A stretch of 64,000 nt of DNA from contig JBBIPA010000004.1 of assembly GCA_037443085.1 (NCBI GenBank), forward strand, positions 15,353 through 79,352, in the 5' to 3' direction. The DNA is from Chloroflexota bacterium. Its GTDB lineage: Bacteria > Chloroflexota > Dehalococcoidia > GIF9 > UBA5629. Of the stretch, positions 18,728 to 27,383 are shown one piece after another. The notes under the pieces are model-generated. The model was not told the origin of the DNA and did not search any database. It worked only from the letters and a program-made list of their open reading frames with translations. The translations under genes were made by a program, and so were the position numbers. Every line of letters begins with the position of its first letter. Within the stretch, counting starts at the first letter, position 1.

Positions 18728-19087
18728 ATGAACAAGCCCTTTGCTGTTAAAATTGCGCTGTTAGCACTGCTCACTGCTGGCTTACTGGCTGCCCTGGGCT
18801 GCGGCGACGTGGTCAGAGGCGGCGCCGAGGTCGTTCTGGAAGGCGTCAGCGTCGGCTCGGTGTCCATGGAAGGCAAACCGGTCTCCGGCCTGCCCTCGCA
18901 GAAGGTAAACCTGAAGCTCAAGGTGGCTTCCAACGAGGTGAGAATCAGCACCAGCGGCGGCAAAACCACCATCAAGCTGAACCCCTCCGGCGCCACCGTG
19001 GTCATCGGCCCTGACGGCACCTCCTTCACCGGCGTGAAGTCCGACCAGGTGGAGCTGCAGTGGCAAACCGAGTCCACCAGCAAGTAG
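18728..19087 (+). CDS. Small secreted lipoprotein, hypothetical
   Basis: 119 aa; signal peptide with lipobox LAALGC; RBS AAGGAGG. Confidence 0.5.
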   Translation: MNKPFAVKIALLALLTAGLLAALGCGDVVRGGAEVVLEGVSVGSVSMEGKPVSGLPSQKVNLKLKVASNEVRISTSGGKTTIKLNPSGATVVIGPDGTSFTGVKSDQVELQWQTESTSK

Positions 19088-19283
19088 GGAGCAGAAATCG
19101 CCGCCGCTCACCGGACTTACTCTGTCAGGGCGAGTCCGCCTCAGGCGGGCGTGGCCAGAGCTACACGGGAGCCGAAGGCGACCCTTCCCCAGCCAGGACG
19201 ACACACGGCATTGCGACGGGATGGAGATGTGCAGGAAGCGCCACATCCCGATTCTATCGGGATTCGCGATGATGGGGTGGGAT

Positions 19284-19350
19284 GGATTTTGCATTTGGTG
19301 ATTTGAATTTGGAATTTGTTTAGGATTTAGGATTTCGAATTTAGGATTTG
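19284..19350. repeat. Tandem heptanucleotide repeats (AGGATTT/GGAATTT), locus B, ending about 10 bp before the uvrD start codon
   Basis: ggatttt gcatttg gtgattt gaattt ggaattt gttt aggattt aggattt cgaattt aggattt ga. Confidence 0.6.
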
Positions 19351-19360
19351 ACCCACCAAG

Positions 19361-21616
19361 ATGGATATCTTAGCTGAACTTAATCCCGCCCAGAAGCAGG
19401 CGGTGGAAACTATCAAAGGTCCCCTGCTTATCCTAGCCGGTCCCGGCAGCGGCAAGACCCGGGTCATCACCCATCGCATCGCTTACCTCATCAAGGTCTG
19501 CCGCATCAACCCCTATCGCATCCTGGCAGTCACCTTCACCAACAAGGCGGCCAATGAGATGCGGGAGCGGCTGGAAAAGCTGCTGGGGCAGGCGGTGGCT
19601 GCGCTCGCCCTGGGCACCTTCCATGCCATCTGCGCCCGCATCCTGCGCCAGGAGGGCAGAGCCATCGGACTGGAGCCCAACTTCACCATCTATGACGAAG
19701 ACGACCAGCTCAGCCTCATCAAACAGAGTATCCAGGAAGTGGGCCTCGACCCCAAGCAGTATACGCCGTCCGCTATCCAGTCGGCCATCAAATTTGCTAA
19801 AAGCCAGTTGCTCACCCCCAGCCAGTACGCCGAAAAGACCCGCAGCTACTTTGAAGAGGTAGCCCAGCGCGTCTACGAGCGCTACCAGCAACTGCTCAAC
19901 CAGACGCATACCGTTGACTTCGACGATTTGCTGATGAAGACGGTGCAGCTATTCAACCAGCATCCGGATGTCCTCGACAGATACCAGTCCCGCTACCTCC
20001 ACCTGCTGGTCGACGAGTTTCAGGACACCAACACCACCCAGTACCTGCTTATCAAGCAGCTTGCCGGCAAGCATCGCAATGTCTGCGTGGTAGGCGACCC
20101 CGACCAGTCCATCTACTCCTGGCGCTTCGCCGACCTGCGCAATATCCTCAGCTTCGAGAAAGATTATCCCGATGCCAGCATTGTCCTGCTGGAACATAAC
20201 TACCGCTCCACCCAGAAAATCCTGGAGGTGGCCCTGAACCTCATCTCCACCAATACCCAGCGCAAGCCCAAGAACCTGGTCACCGATAATGAACCAGGCG
20301 ACCCCATCACCATCGTCAGAGCCTATAACGAGGACGAAGAGGCGCAGTTCGTGGTCAGCGAAATTGATAAGCTGGTCAGCGAGAAGCTAGCAGCGCCGGG
20401 CAACTGCGCCGTGATGTACCGCGTCAATGCCCAGTCGCGGGCGCTGGAAGAAGCCTTCATGCGCTACGGCATGCCCTACCGACTGGTCGGCGGCACCCGC
20501 TTCTACCAGAGACGCGAGATCAAGGACGTTATCGCCTATTTGAAGTTTATCCACAATCCCAGCGACAATGTCAGCCTGCTGCGCATCATCAACGTGCCGG
20601 GACGGGGCATCGGCCCGCGCACCATCACCGAGCTATCCTCCTGGGCCAGCGACCAGGGCATACCCCTGTACCAGGTGCTGGAGATGATCTCCCGGGACCA
20701 GGGCCCCCCGCTGGCAGCCCGCGCCAGCCATGCCCTGAGCGGCTTCTACACCATGATGAGCGGGTTTATTGCTAAAAGCCAAGAGTTGCCGCTGAGCGAC
20801 CTGCTGGAAGAGGTGGTGCAGAAATCGGGGTATCGCGACTATATCGTGCATGAAGAAAACGGCGAGGAGCGCTGGGACAATATTCGCGAGCTGCGCACCG
20901 AAGCCAGGCAATACGATGCGCTGAAACCGGATGAGGCGCTCACCACCTTTCTGGAGAAGATAAGCCTGGTATCGGATATCGACGAGCTGGAAGATAAGAG
21001 CCAGGCCACCGTCCTCACCACCCTGCATCAGGCCAAGGGGCTGGAGTTCTCCGTGGTATTCATCGTCGGCGTGGAGGAGGGACTGCTGCCCCATCGCAAG
21101 TCGCTGGACGACTCCGGGCAACTGGAGGAGGAAAGGCGACTGTGCTACGTGGGCGTGACCCGCGCCCGGAAACGTGTCTACCTGCTGCATACCTATCGTC
21201 GCAGCCTGTTCGGCGGTGTCTCCGACAGCGAGCCGTCTCGCTTCCTCGATGATATCCCCCAGCATCTGGTGGTCATCAAGCACCTCTGGGAACAGGAGCA
21301 AAAGCCGTATAGCGATGACGACTTCACCATGGTCACCGCGCTATACTCCAAAGCTCCGGCTAAAGCACCGGGCAACTCCAGCATGATTAAGCGCATCCCC
21401 GTCGCCGAGCACTATGCCCAGCCGCCGCCTCGACCTGCCAGCACCGTCACCCTGAGCGTCGGCGACCGCGTGAGACATTCCACCTTCGGTGAAGGCGTGG
21501 TGCTAAGCTACTCGCCCACCAAAGACGACCAGGAAGTGGCGGTCAACTTCACCTCCGCCGGCGTCAAGCGTCTCCTGGCCAGCCTGGCCCGACTGGAAAA
21601 GGTGGAGAAAAACTGA
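19361..21616 (+). CDS. pcrA: ATP-dependent DNA helicase, UvrD/PcrA family
   Basis: 751 aa; Walker A GPGSGKT, DEFQDT, and the helicase motifs of superfamily 1. Confidence 0.9.
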   Translation: MDILAELNPAQKQAVETIKGPLLILAGPGSGKTRVITHRIAYLIKVCRINPYRILAVTFTNKAANEMRERLEKLLGQAVAALALGTFHAICARILRQEGRAIGLEPNFTIYDEDDQLSLIKQSIQEVGLDPKQYTPSAIQSAIKFAKSQLLTPSQYAEKTRSYFEEVAQRVYERYQQLLNQTHTVDFDDLLMKTVQLFNQHPDVLDRYQSRYLHLLVDEFQDTNTTQYLLIKQLAGKHRNVCVVGDPDQSIYSWRFADLRNILSFEKDYPDASIVLLEHNYRSTQKILEVALNLISTNTQRKPKNLVTDNEPGDPITIVRAYNEDEEAQFVVSEIDKLVSEKLAAPGNCAVMYRVNAQSRALEEAFMRYGMPYRLVGGTRFYQRREIKDVIAYLKFIHNPSDNVSLLRIINVPGRGIGPRTITELSSWASDQGIPLYQVLEMISRDQGPPLAARASHALSGFYTMMSGFIAKSQELPLSDLLEEVVQKSGYRDYIVHEENGEERWDNIRELRTEARQYDALKPDEALTTFLEKISLVSDIDELEDKSQATVLTTLHQAKGLEFSVVFIVGVEEGLLPHRKSLDDSGQLEEERRLCYVGVTRARKRVYLLHTYRRSLFGGVSDSEPSRFLDDIPQHLVVIKHLWEQEQKPYSDDDFTMVTALYSKAPAKAPGNSSMIKRIPVAEHYAQPPPRPASTVTLSVGDRVRHSTFGEGVVLSYSPTKDDQEVAVNFTSAGVKRLLASLARLEKVEKN

Positions 21617-21636
21617 GAAAATTTTCCGTAAAACCA

Positions 21637-21665
21637 TTGACAATATACACGCAACCGTGTAAAAT
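21637..21665 (+). promoter_or_regulatory. Consensus-like sigma70 promoter TTGACA-17-TAAAAT
   Basis: TTGACA 21637..21642, 17-nt spacer, TAAAAT 21660..21665; upstream of the 82-aa ORF. Confidence 0.55.
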
Positions 21666-21702
21666 GATAGCAAATTATACGAGCACCAAATAAACCTTTC
21701 AA

Positions 21703-21951
21703 ATGCCAACAACACGAGAAGTTACCGAACGCTTGAGGTGGTTTAAAAATCAACACCTGGCAGTTGCTATTTGGTGTGAGGATGATGTCCTGGAACTAGC
21801 CAGAGAAAAAGGTATCAGTTGCAGTCGCAAATGCGCACGTGAGATTGTTGACGAGATTGACCGCAAACACAACGCCACTTTGGGTATCACATGGGACACC
21901 ATCAGCGACTACCTGCGTAAATATGTCAAGGCAGGAAATAAAAATAGGTAG
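21703..21951 (+). CDS. Hypothetical small protein (82 aa)
   Basis: ORF downstream of the strong promoter; no recognisable motif; lies in the putative insertion between uvrD and mutL. Confidence 0.35.
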   Translation: MPTTREVTERLRWFKNQHLAVAIWCEDDVLELAREKGISCSRKCAREIVDEIDRKHNATLGITWDTISDYLRKYVKAGNKNR

Positions 21952-22012
21952 ACAGCATTTCCCGTATTTCGCTTAACACAACCGATTGTTTTCGTGGTGA
22001 CCCAAAGGATAG

Positions 22013-22115
22013 ATGTAGGGACAGGTCTTCAAATAAGGCAACCGTGACCAGACGTAGGTCATGTAGTTCCTCCGACACAGTCGGAGCGGACAAACCTGAA
22101 GGTATGTCCCTACAT
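22013..22115. repeat. REP-like palindromic element, left copy (terminal inverted repeats ATGTAGGGACA...TGTCCCTACAT)
   Basis: Shares its ends and the internal ...GGACAAACCTGAAGGTATGTCCCTACAT segment with the copy at 22619..22745 and the solo copy at 53281..53333. Confidence 0.7.
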
Positions 22116-22129
22116 TACCCGATTAAAGA

Positions 22130-22603
22130 ATGAAAAACTACGTAAGAAAAACTTCACCGAGGCTTCACGATTTCGAGTATGCCGGACCTTATACCTACTT
22201 CGTTACATGCTCCACATATCAAAAAAGGCCTTATTTCAATGAGAAAGCGACGGTTGATATGGTGTTACCGGTGTTGAGATATGGGGGAGAACAGAATAGC
22301 TTCAGCATCTATATCTACTGCTTCATGCCTCGCCATCTTCACTTGCTCTTAGGCGGGTCTGATAATTCAAAACTATCTCAGTTCATGAAGACATTTAAAC
22401 AGAGAAGCAGTTTTACGTTCAGAAAAGAATTCGGAGACGTTCTCTGGCAAAGAAGTTATTATGACCATGTTCTCAGAAAGGACGAAGCCCTTAAAAACGT
22501 GGCTTTATACATTCTCAATAATCCTATCCGTGCCGGCTTGGCAAGTGATTACAAAATCTATCCCTTCTCGGGTTCCTTTGTATTCGATACCAAAGATTTA
22601 TAA
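22130..22603 (+). CDS. REP-associated tyrosine transposase (RAYT), IS200/IS605 Y1 transposase family
   Basis: 157 aa; HUH motif HLHLLL and catalytic Tyr region YYDHVLR; flanked on both sides by REP-like elements. Confidence 0.8.
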   Translation: MKNYVRKTSPRLHDFEYAGPYTYFVTCSTYQKRPYFNEKATVDMVLPVLRYGGEQNSFSIYIYCFMPRHLHLLLGGSDNSKLSQFMKTFKQRSSFTFRKEFGDVLWQRSYYDHVLRKDEALKNVALYILNNPIRAGLASDYKIYPFSGSFVFDTKDL

Positions 22604-22618
22604 TGATGCAGGATGATA

Positions 22619-22745
22619 ATGTAGGGACAGGTCTTTAGACCTGTCCGAGGCCATCAGGCCTTCGAATATGAAGCAACCGGTGGCAGACACAGGTCATGCA
22701 CTCCGCCAAAGGCGGACAGACAGACCTGAAGGTCTATCCCTACAT
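22619..22745. repeat. REP-like palindromic element, right copy
   Basis: Begins ATGTAGGGACAGGTCTTTAGACCTGTCC (perfect 10-bp stem) and ends AGACCTGAAGGTCTATCCCTACAT. Confidence 0.7.
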
Positions 22746-22766
22746 TATTAAGTCCCGCACTTTGAA

Positions 22767-22795
22767 TTGCTTTGTTACACTTAACCGTGTAAAAT
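22767..22795 (+). promoter_or_regulatory. mutL promoter candidate TTGCTT-17-TAAAAT; near-leaderless transcript
   Basis: -10 at 22790..22795, ATG at 22804; shares the 13-bp AACCGTGTAAAAT with the promoter at 21653..21665. Confidence 0.45.
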
Positions 22796-22803
22796 AAACT
22801 AGC

Positions 22804-24513
22804 ATGCCCATCAAAATTCTGGACCCTCAGGTTGTCTCCAAGATTGCTGCTGGCGAGGTGGTGGAGCGGCCGGCCTCGGTAGTCAAGGAGCTGGTGGAGA
22901 ATGCTCTCGATGCCGGCGCCAGCCAGATAACGGTGGAGGCGCAGGGCGGCGGCATCAGCCTCATCAAGGTCAGCGATAACGGCAGCGGCATCCCCGCTGG
23001 CGAGGTGGAGCTGGCCTTCGCCCGCCATGCCACCAGCAAGCTCAGCGCCCTGCCCGACCTGGAAAAGATAGCCACCCTGGGCTTCCGCGGCGAAGCCCTG
23101 CCCAGCATCGCCGCCATGGCTGATGTGGAACTGCTGACCCGCGCCGCTGACGATGCTGCCGCCAGCTATATCCGACTGGCCAACGGCAGAGCAACCCATC
23201 GCGAGAAGCGCAGCCGGCCCCGGGGCACCACTGTCACTGTCCATCACCTATTTCGCCATTTCCCGGCGCGGCTCAAGTTTCTCAAATCGCCCACCACCGA
23301 GAATAGCCATATTGCCAACCTGCTCACCCAGTATGCCCTGGCTTTCCCTGAGGTAAAGTTCAGTTTATCCCTCGATGGTCGACTCACCCTGCGCACCCCG
23401 GGCAACGGCAATTTGCGGGATGCCGTGGCTGAAATCTACGGACTGGAAGCTGCCCAGCAGATGCTGGAGGTAAACAGCACCGAGCCGGGCTACACCGTGA
23501 CCGGGCTGGTCAGCCCGCCGTCGCTATCTCGTTCCAGTCGCAACTATCTCAGCTTCTTTGTCAACCGACGCTGGGTGCGCAGCAGCCTGCTAAGTCGCTC
23601 GGCCGAAGACGCCTACCAGGGCTTGCTCATGAGCGGCAAGCACCCCCTGGTCATGGTCAACGTGGCACTGCCGCCACAGGAAGTAGATGTCAACGTTCAT
23701 CCCACCAAGACCGAGGTCAAGTTCCGCAACAACCAGACTGTCTACGCCGCCGTTGCCAGAGCGGTGAAAACCGCCCTGCAGCAATCGCCGCCACCCAGAG
23801 TGAAAACTGGCAAAGCCGCTGCCCCGCCAGCGCCCCGACTGTTCACCGCCGTACCTGAAGATAAGCCTGCTCCCCCTCCGACCACCAGCTATCCCACGCC
23901 CCAGTCCGCCGCCTCGGTGGTAAAAAACGGCGACGTCCCCGCGCTGCCGGTGCTCCGGGTGCTGGGGCAGATGGCGGCCAGCTACATACTGGCTGAAGGT
24001 CCGGAAGGATTGTATTTGATTGACCAGCATGCCGCCCACGAGCGCATCATCTTCGATAAAGTTCTGGCGCAGCGCGCCCAGCAGGGGGTGGAGGTGCAGG
24101 GGCTGCTGGAACCGCTGAATATCGAGCTGAGTCCGGGACAGGAACAAACCCTGAATTCCCGAAATGAGCTGCTCCGTCAGTTCGGCTTCAACCTGGAGCA
24201 TTTCGGCGACAGGAGCTATTTGCTCCGCGCCGTGCCCGCGGTCATGGCCGGAGCTAACCTGGCTGAAGCGGTACGAGCTCTGCTCGACTCGCTGGCCAGC
24301 GACGACGAGCCGGCTACCAAGCGGGAGGAAACAGTGGCCCAGTCCCTGGCCTGTCACGGTGCGGTTAAGGCCGGGCAGCAACTCACTTTCGAAGAGATGC
24401 GCAGCCTCATCAGGCAACTGGAGGAAACCGCCTCGCCCCGCACCTGTCCCCACGGCAGGCCCACCATGATTTATTTAAGCTCCCGGCAACTGGCCCGGGA
24501 GTTTGGCAGGTAA
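22804..24513 (+). CDS. mutL: DNA mismatch repair protein MutL
   Basis: 569 aa; GHKL ATPase N-terminus (AAGEVVERPASVVKELVENALDAGA), Pro-rich linker, C-terminal dimerisation/endonuclease region. Confidence 0.9.
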   Translation: MPIKILDPQVVSKIAAGEVVERPASVVKELVENALDAGASQITVEAQGGGISLIKVSDNGSGIPAGEVELAFARHATSKLSALPDLEKIATLGFRGEALPSIAAMADVELLTRAADDAAASYIRLANGRATHREKRSRPRGTTVTVHHLFRHFPARLKFLKSPTTENSHIANLLTQYALAFPEVKFSLSLDGRLTLRTPGNGNLRDAVAEIYGLEAAQQMLEVNSTEPGYTVTGLVSPPSLSRSSRNYLSFFVNRRWVRSSLLSRSAEDAYQGLLMSGKHPLVMVNVALPPQEVDVNVHPTKTEVKFRNNQTVYAAVARAVKTALQQSPPPRVKTGKAAAPPAPRLFTAVPEDKPAPPPTTSYPTPQSAASVVKNGDVPALPVLRVLGQMAASYILAEGPEGLYLIDQHAAHERIIFDKVLAQRAQQGVEVQGLLEPLNIELSPGQEQTLNSRNELLRQFGFNLEHFGDRSYLLRAVPAVMAGANLAEAVRALLDSLASDDEPATKREETVAQSLACHGAVKAGQQLTFEEMRSLIRQLEETASPRTCPHGRPTMIYLSSRQLAREFGR

Positions 24514-24515
24514 CC

Positions 24516-25334
24516 ATGCTACCCGGAGATTGCTGGATTGACCTCAACGGTGCCCGGCTCCATTACCTGGACTGGGGCCATCCCTCGGCTCAGCCCCTGG
24601 TGCTGCTCCATGGCTTTTGCAGCTATGCCCATTACTGGGACCCTTTTGCTCAAAGCATGAGGCGAGACTACCACGTAATAGTACCGGACCTCCGCGGCCA
24701 CGGTGACAGCGACCGTGCCGCCGGCTACTCCATTGAGGACGGCGCCGCCGACCTGGAGGAGCTTGCGCAGAAGCTGAAGCTGGAAAACATTGTACTAGTG
24801 GGGCTGTCTATGGGAGGACTTATCTCGATGTACTACACCGCCACCTACCCCAATCGAATAACCAGGCTGGTCATCGTCGACATCGGCCCCGAGTTTGCCC
24901 CCGCTGGCATCGCTCATATCCAGCGAGACCTGGCTAATGAGCCGGAGTCCTTCAACACAGAAGGGGAAGCCTTTCAGCATCTGAAGAAGGTTCAGCCCTT
25001 CCATTCCGACGCCTTTCTCCGCCACCAGGTGCGCCATGCCCTGAAACGAGACGAGGACAGCCGCCTCCGTTTCAAGTACGACAAGTCGTTATGCCAGATT
25101 GATTTGCAGTCGCCGTTATGGCTCTGGGACTACCTGGCCAAAATCCCCTGCCCCACGCTGGTGGTACGCGCCACCGACAGCGATATGCTCACCCCGGAGA
25201 TAGCACAGCAGATGGTATCCAGGCTGCCGCAGGGCTCGCTTGCCGAGGTTGCCCGCGCCACCCATAACATCGTCGGCGACAACCCTGAGGGCTTCGCGGC
25301 AGCGGTGCGAAAATTTTTAGCCACCGGCAGTTGA
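24516..25334 (+). CDS. Alpha/beta-fold hydrolase
   Basis: 272 aa; HG oxyanion motif (LVLLHGF), nucleophile elbow GLSMGG, catalytic His near the C-terminus. Confidence 0.75.
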   Translation: MLPGDCWIDLNGARLHYLDWGHPSAQPLVLLHGFCSYAHYWDPFAQSMRRDYHVIVPDLRGHGDSDRAAGYSIEDGAADLEELAQKLKLENIVLVGLSMGGLISMYYTATYPNRITRLVIVDIGPEFAPAGIAHIQRDLANEPESFNTEGEAFQHLKKVQPFHSDAFLRHQVRHALKRDEDSRLRFKYDKSLCQIDLQSPLWLWDYLAKIPCPTLVVRATDSDMLTPEIAQQMVSRLPQGSLAEVARATHNIVGDNPEGFAAAVRKFLATGS

Positions 25335-25480
25335 AACCCGTCGCAAAACTAGCAACACGTATGCGCGCAAAAGCTAACACCCCTACGGCTAATGAACTCC
25401 TCGCGAATTATCCTTGACATAACTGCTGAAGAAGCCTTAAATTTAAGCTATTTTACGATTTTGAAAGAGGAAAGCAAAAG

Positions 25481-26122
25481 ATGAGTAGTGGTCAAGAAAA
25501 AATTCTCGAATATCTTATTAGAAATCGTGGTAAGTGGATAAGTAACCAGGAATTACGGCGGATTTCAGGGTTGGATGATGCTCCAAGGGCTATAAGGCTA
25601 TTAAGACAAAAAGGTTGGGAAATACATGTTCGTGGCGACGGATTCAATTTACTACAATCCCCTGAGAAAGGTGAGGGGCGCGGTGAACGAAAAACAATAA
25701 GTGAAAAAACCAGATATGAAATACTAGCGCGAGATAATTTTAGATGTAAAGCCTGCGGCCTTAGCGCTGATGATGGAATCAGACTGGAGGTTGACCATAT
25801 GACTCCGGTTGATTGGGGTGGAACAAACGATAAAGCAAACCTGATTACTTTATGTGATAAATGCAATAGAGGGAAAAAAGCCTGGCTAAACTCTGTCCCC
25901 TCGAATAATATGAAAACAATAATGAATAACACGACTGTTGAAGCCAGAATCGAATCTCTTTTTGATAATTTCCCAAATCAAGATATCCCATCATCACTGA
26001 TTCAAATAGTATCAAAGGGTGCTTTCGACTGGCAAAGGGCATTGCGTAGAATCCGAAAAAGAACTGGCAAAAATATTGTACCTACAAAAGACAGAAGGGG
26101 CTATCGCTATTTCAAGGATTGA
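25481..26122 (+). CDS. HNH endonuclease with N-terminal winged-helix-like region; candidate Type II restriction endonuclease
   Basis: 213 aa; HNH motif CKACG...DHMTPVDWGGTNDKANLITLCDKCN. Low-GC gene convergent with a DNA methyltransferase. Confidence 0.6.
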   Translation: MSSGQEKILEYLIRNRGKWISNQELRRISGLDDAPRAIRLLRQKGWEIHVRGDGFNLLQSPEKGEGRGERKTISEKTRYEILARDNFRCKACGLSADDGIRLEVDHMTPVDWGGTNDKANLITLCDKCNRGKKAWLNSVPSNNMKTIMNNTTVEARIESLFDNFPNQDIPSSLIQIVSKGAFDWQRALRRIRKRTGKNIVPTKDRRGYRYFKD

Positions 26123-26132
26123 TTACAGCGCT

Positions 26133-27212
26133 TTAAAGCATCACAGGAGCATTAACCTCTTTTTTCAAACGGACCTTAGCCAGTTCACAATATCTTGCGT
26201 CTATATCTATGCCTACGCCTTTCCTCCCCGTCTGTAAACAGGCTATAAGCGTAGACCCACTTCCTAAAAACGGGTCGAGCACGGTATCACCCACAAAACT
26301 AAAGAGCTTGATACACCTCCTGGGTAATTCCACAGGGAAGGGGGCAGGATGCCCCACCCTCTTTTTACTTTCACCCATAAAAGTCCACACACCGTTTGTC
26401 CAATTCATAAATTCTTTCTTCGTTATGTCCGACTTCCGGCTACCGCTGAGCTTTTTCCACGTTCTCTTATAAAGAATAACAATAACCTCAACAGGAGCAA
26501 TTACATATGGTGCCGTTGCCGAAAGCCACGACCCCCACGCAGTTCTCCGTGATATATTTTGCTCATTCCAGATAATTGTCGAATGGTATTTAAAGCCTAC
26601 TTTCTTGGCAATAGTGGTAATGTCCGCGCAGATGCTCTGCTGTCCATTTTTGTTTTTATCCAGAGGGATATTCAAACAAAACCTGCCGTCATCCTTTAGC
26701 AATCTGTAACATTTGGCGAGCCACTCTCTGGTGAAAGAGAGATATTCCTCGTAAGACATGGTATCATCATGAGAATTATATTTAATATCAACATTATACG
26801 GAGGAGAGGTTACGATTAAATCAACAGATTGCTCTTCAATACTGTCTGTTTTTAAGATGTCGGCATTGTATATCCATATGGAGTCTTTATGGAAGAACGG
26901 AGAACTAGTATCAGGAGACTTTTGGGATAAAATATCATCCAAAGTCTCATCTAAGCCTTTAAAAAGGTAATCTACCTTGGTCTCTTTTACTAATACCGAT
27001 GCCTTTTTGAATTGACTCGGATTCTGAGGAGCTTCGAATTTCCGACTTTTCTTTAAATAAATCTCAATGCTTTCGTTACTGAATCGTCTTTGTCCGCCAG
27101 GCGTCCTTATGGAGGTTAACAGTCCTTTTTTCTCCATGCGGTAGATAGTGGCTTCGCTTACTCCAAGTAATTTAGCGGCTTCCTTCGTGGTATACTTTGC
27201 TTTTTCGTCCAT
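26133..27212 (-). CDS. DNA methyltransferase, N4-C/N6-A amino-MTase (beta class), with N-terminal MerR/excisionase-type HTH
   Basis: 359 aa; motif IV IVTSPPYNV precedes the AdoMet motif I DPFLGSGSTLIA (beta order); N-terminal YTTKEAAKLLGVSEATIYRMEKKGLL HTH. Confidence 0.8.
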   Translation of the reverse strand: MDEKAKYTTKEAAKLLGVSEATIYRMEKKGLLTSIRTPGGQRRFSNESIEIYLKKSRKFEAPQNPSQFKKASVLVKETKVDYLFKGLDETLDDILSQKSPDTSSPFFHKDSIWIYNADILKTDSIEEQSVDLIVTSPPYNVDIKYNSHDDTMSYEEYLSFTREWLAKCYRLLKDDGRFCLNIPLDKNKNGQQSICADITTIAKKVGFKYHSTIIWNEQNISRRTAWGSWLSATAPYVIAPVEVIVILYKRTWKKLSGSRKSDITKKEFMNWTNGVWTFMGESKKRVGHPAPFPVELPRRCIKLFSFVGDTVLDPFLGSGSTLIACLQTGRKGVGIDIDARYCELAKVRLKKEVNAPVML

Positions 27213-27242
27213 TTTAGTTGTGGTAGAAAGGTTAAATTAACC

Positions 27243-27282
27243 TTGTCAATACTTTACAACACTTGTCATCATTTGTCAATAC
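27243..27282. promoter_or_regulatory. Three phased TTGTCA(A/T) direct repeats upstream of the HTH-MTase gene; candidate autoregulatory operator
   Basis: TTGTCAATAC at 27243 and 27273, TTGTCATC at 27263: offsets of 20 and 10 bp, that is helical phasing. Confidence 0.4.
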
Positions 27283-27300
27283 ATTTTACCGAAACAATGA

Positions 27301-27329
27301 TTGACCGCTCAATTCGCTCAAACTATAAT
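27301..27329 (+). promoter_or_regulatory. Consensus sigma70 promoter TTGACC-17-TATAAT
   Basis: TTGACC 27301..27306, 17-nt spacer, TATAAT 27324..27329; the next gene starts at 27384. Confidence 0.55.
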
Positions 27330-27383
27330 TAGCCTTGCTCTCTCTGTCCTTGAATAAGCGCAAATAAATAAAATGGCAATGAG

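Larger units (their letters stand above)
22013..22745 (+). mobile_element. REP - RAYT - REP unit
   Basis: Y1 transposase gene bracketed by two related palindromic elements in direct orientation. Confidence 0.65.

Noticed and set aside
18782-19294. 170-aa minus-strand ORF antisense to the small lipoprotein gene and its downstream region
   Set aside because: Arg/Gly/Ala-rich low-complexity translation antisense to a well-supported gene; no RBS.
19284-19350. Possibility that the heptamer arrays are a CRISPR array
   Set aside because: Unit length is 7 bp with no spacers, and there are no cas genes nearby; they are simple tandem repeats.
20633-21301. 222-aa minus-strand ORF inside uvrD/pcrA
   Set aside because: Antisense to conserved helicase motifs; His/Gln/Ala-rich artefactual frame.
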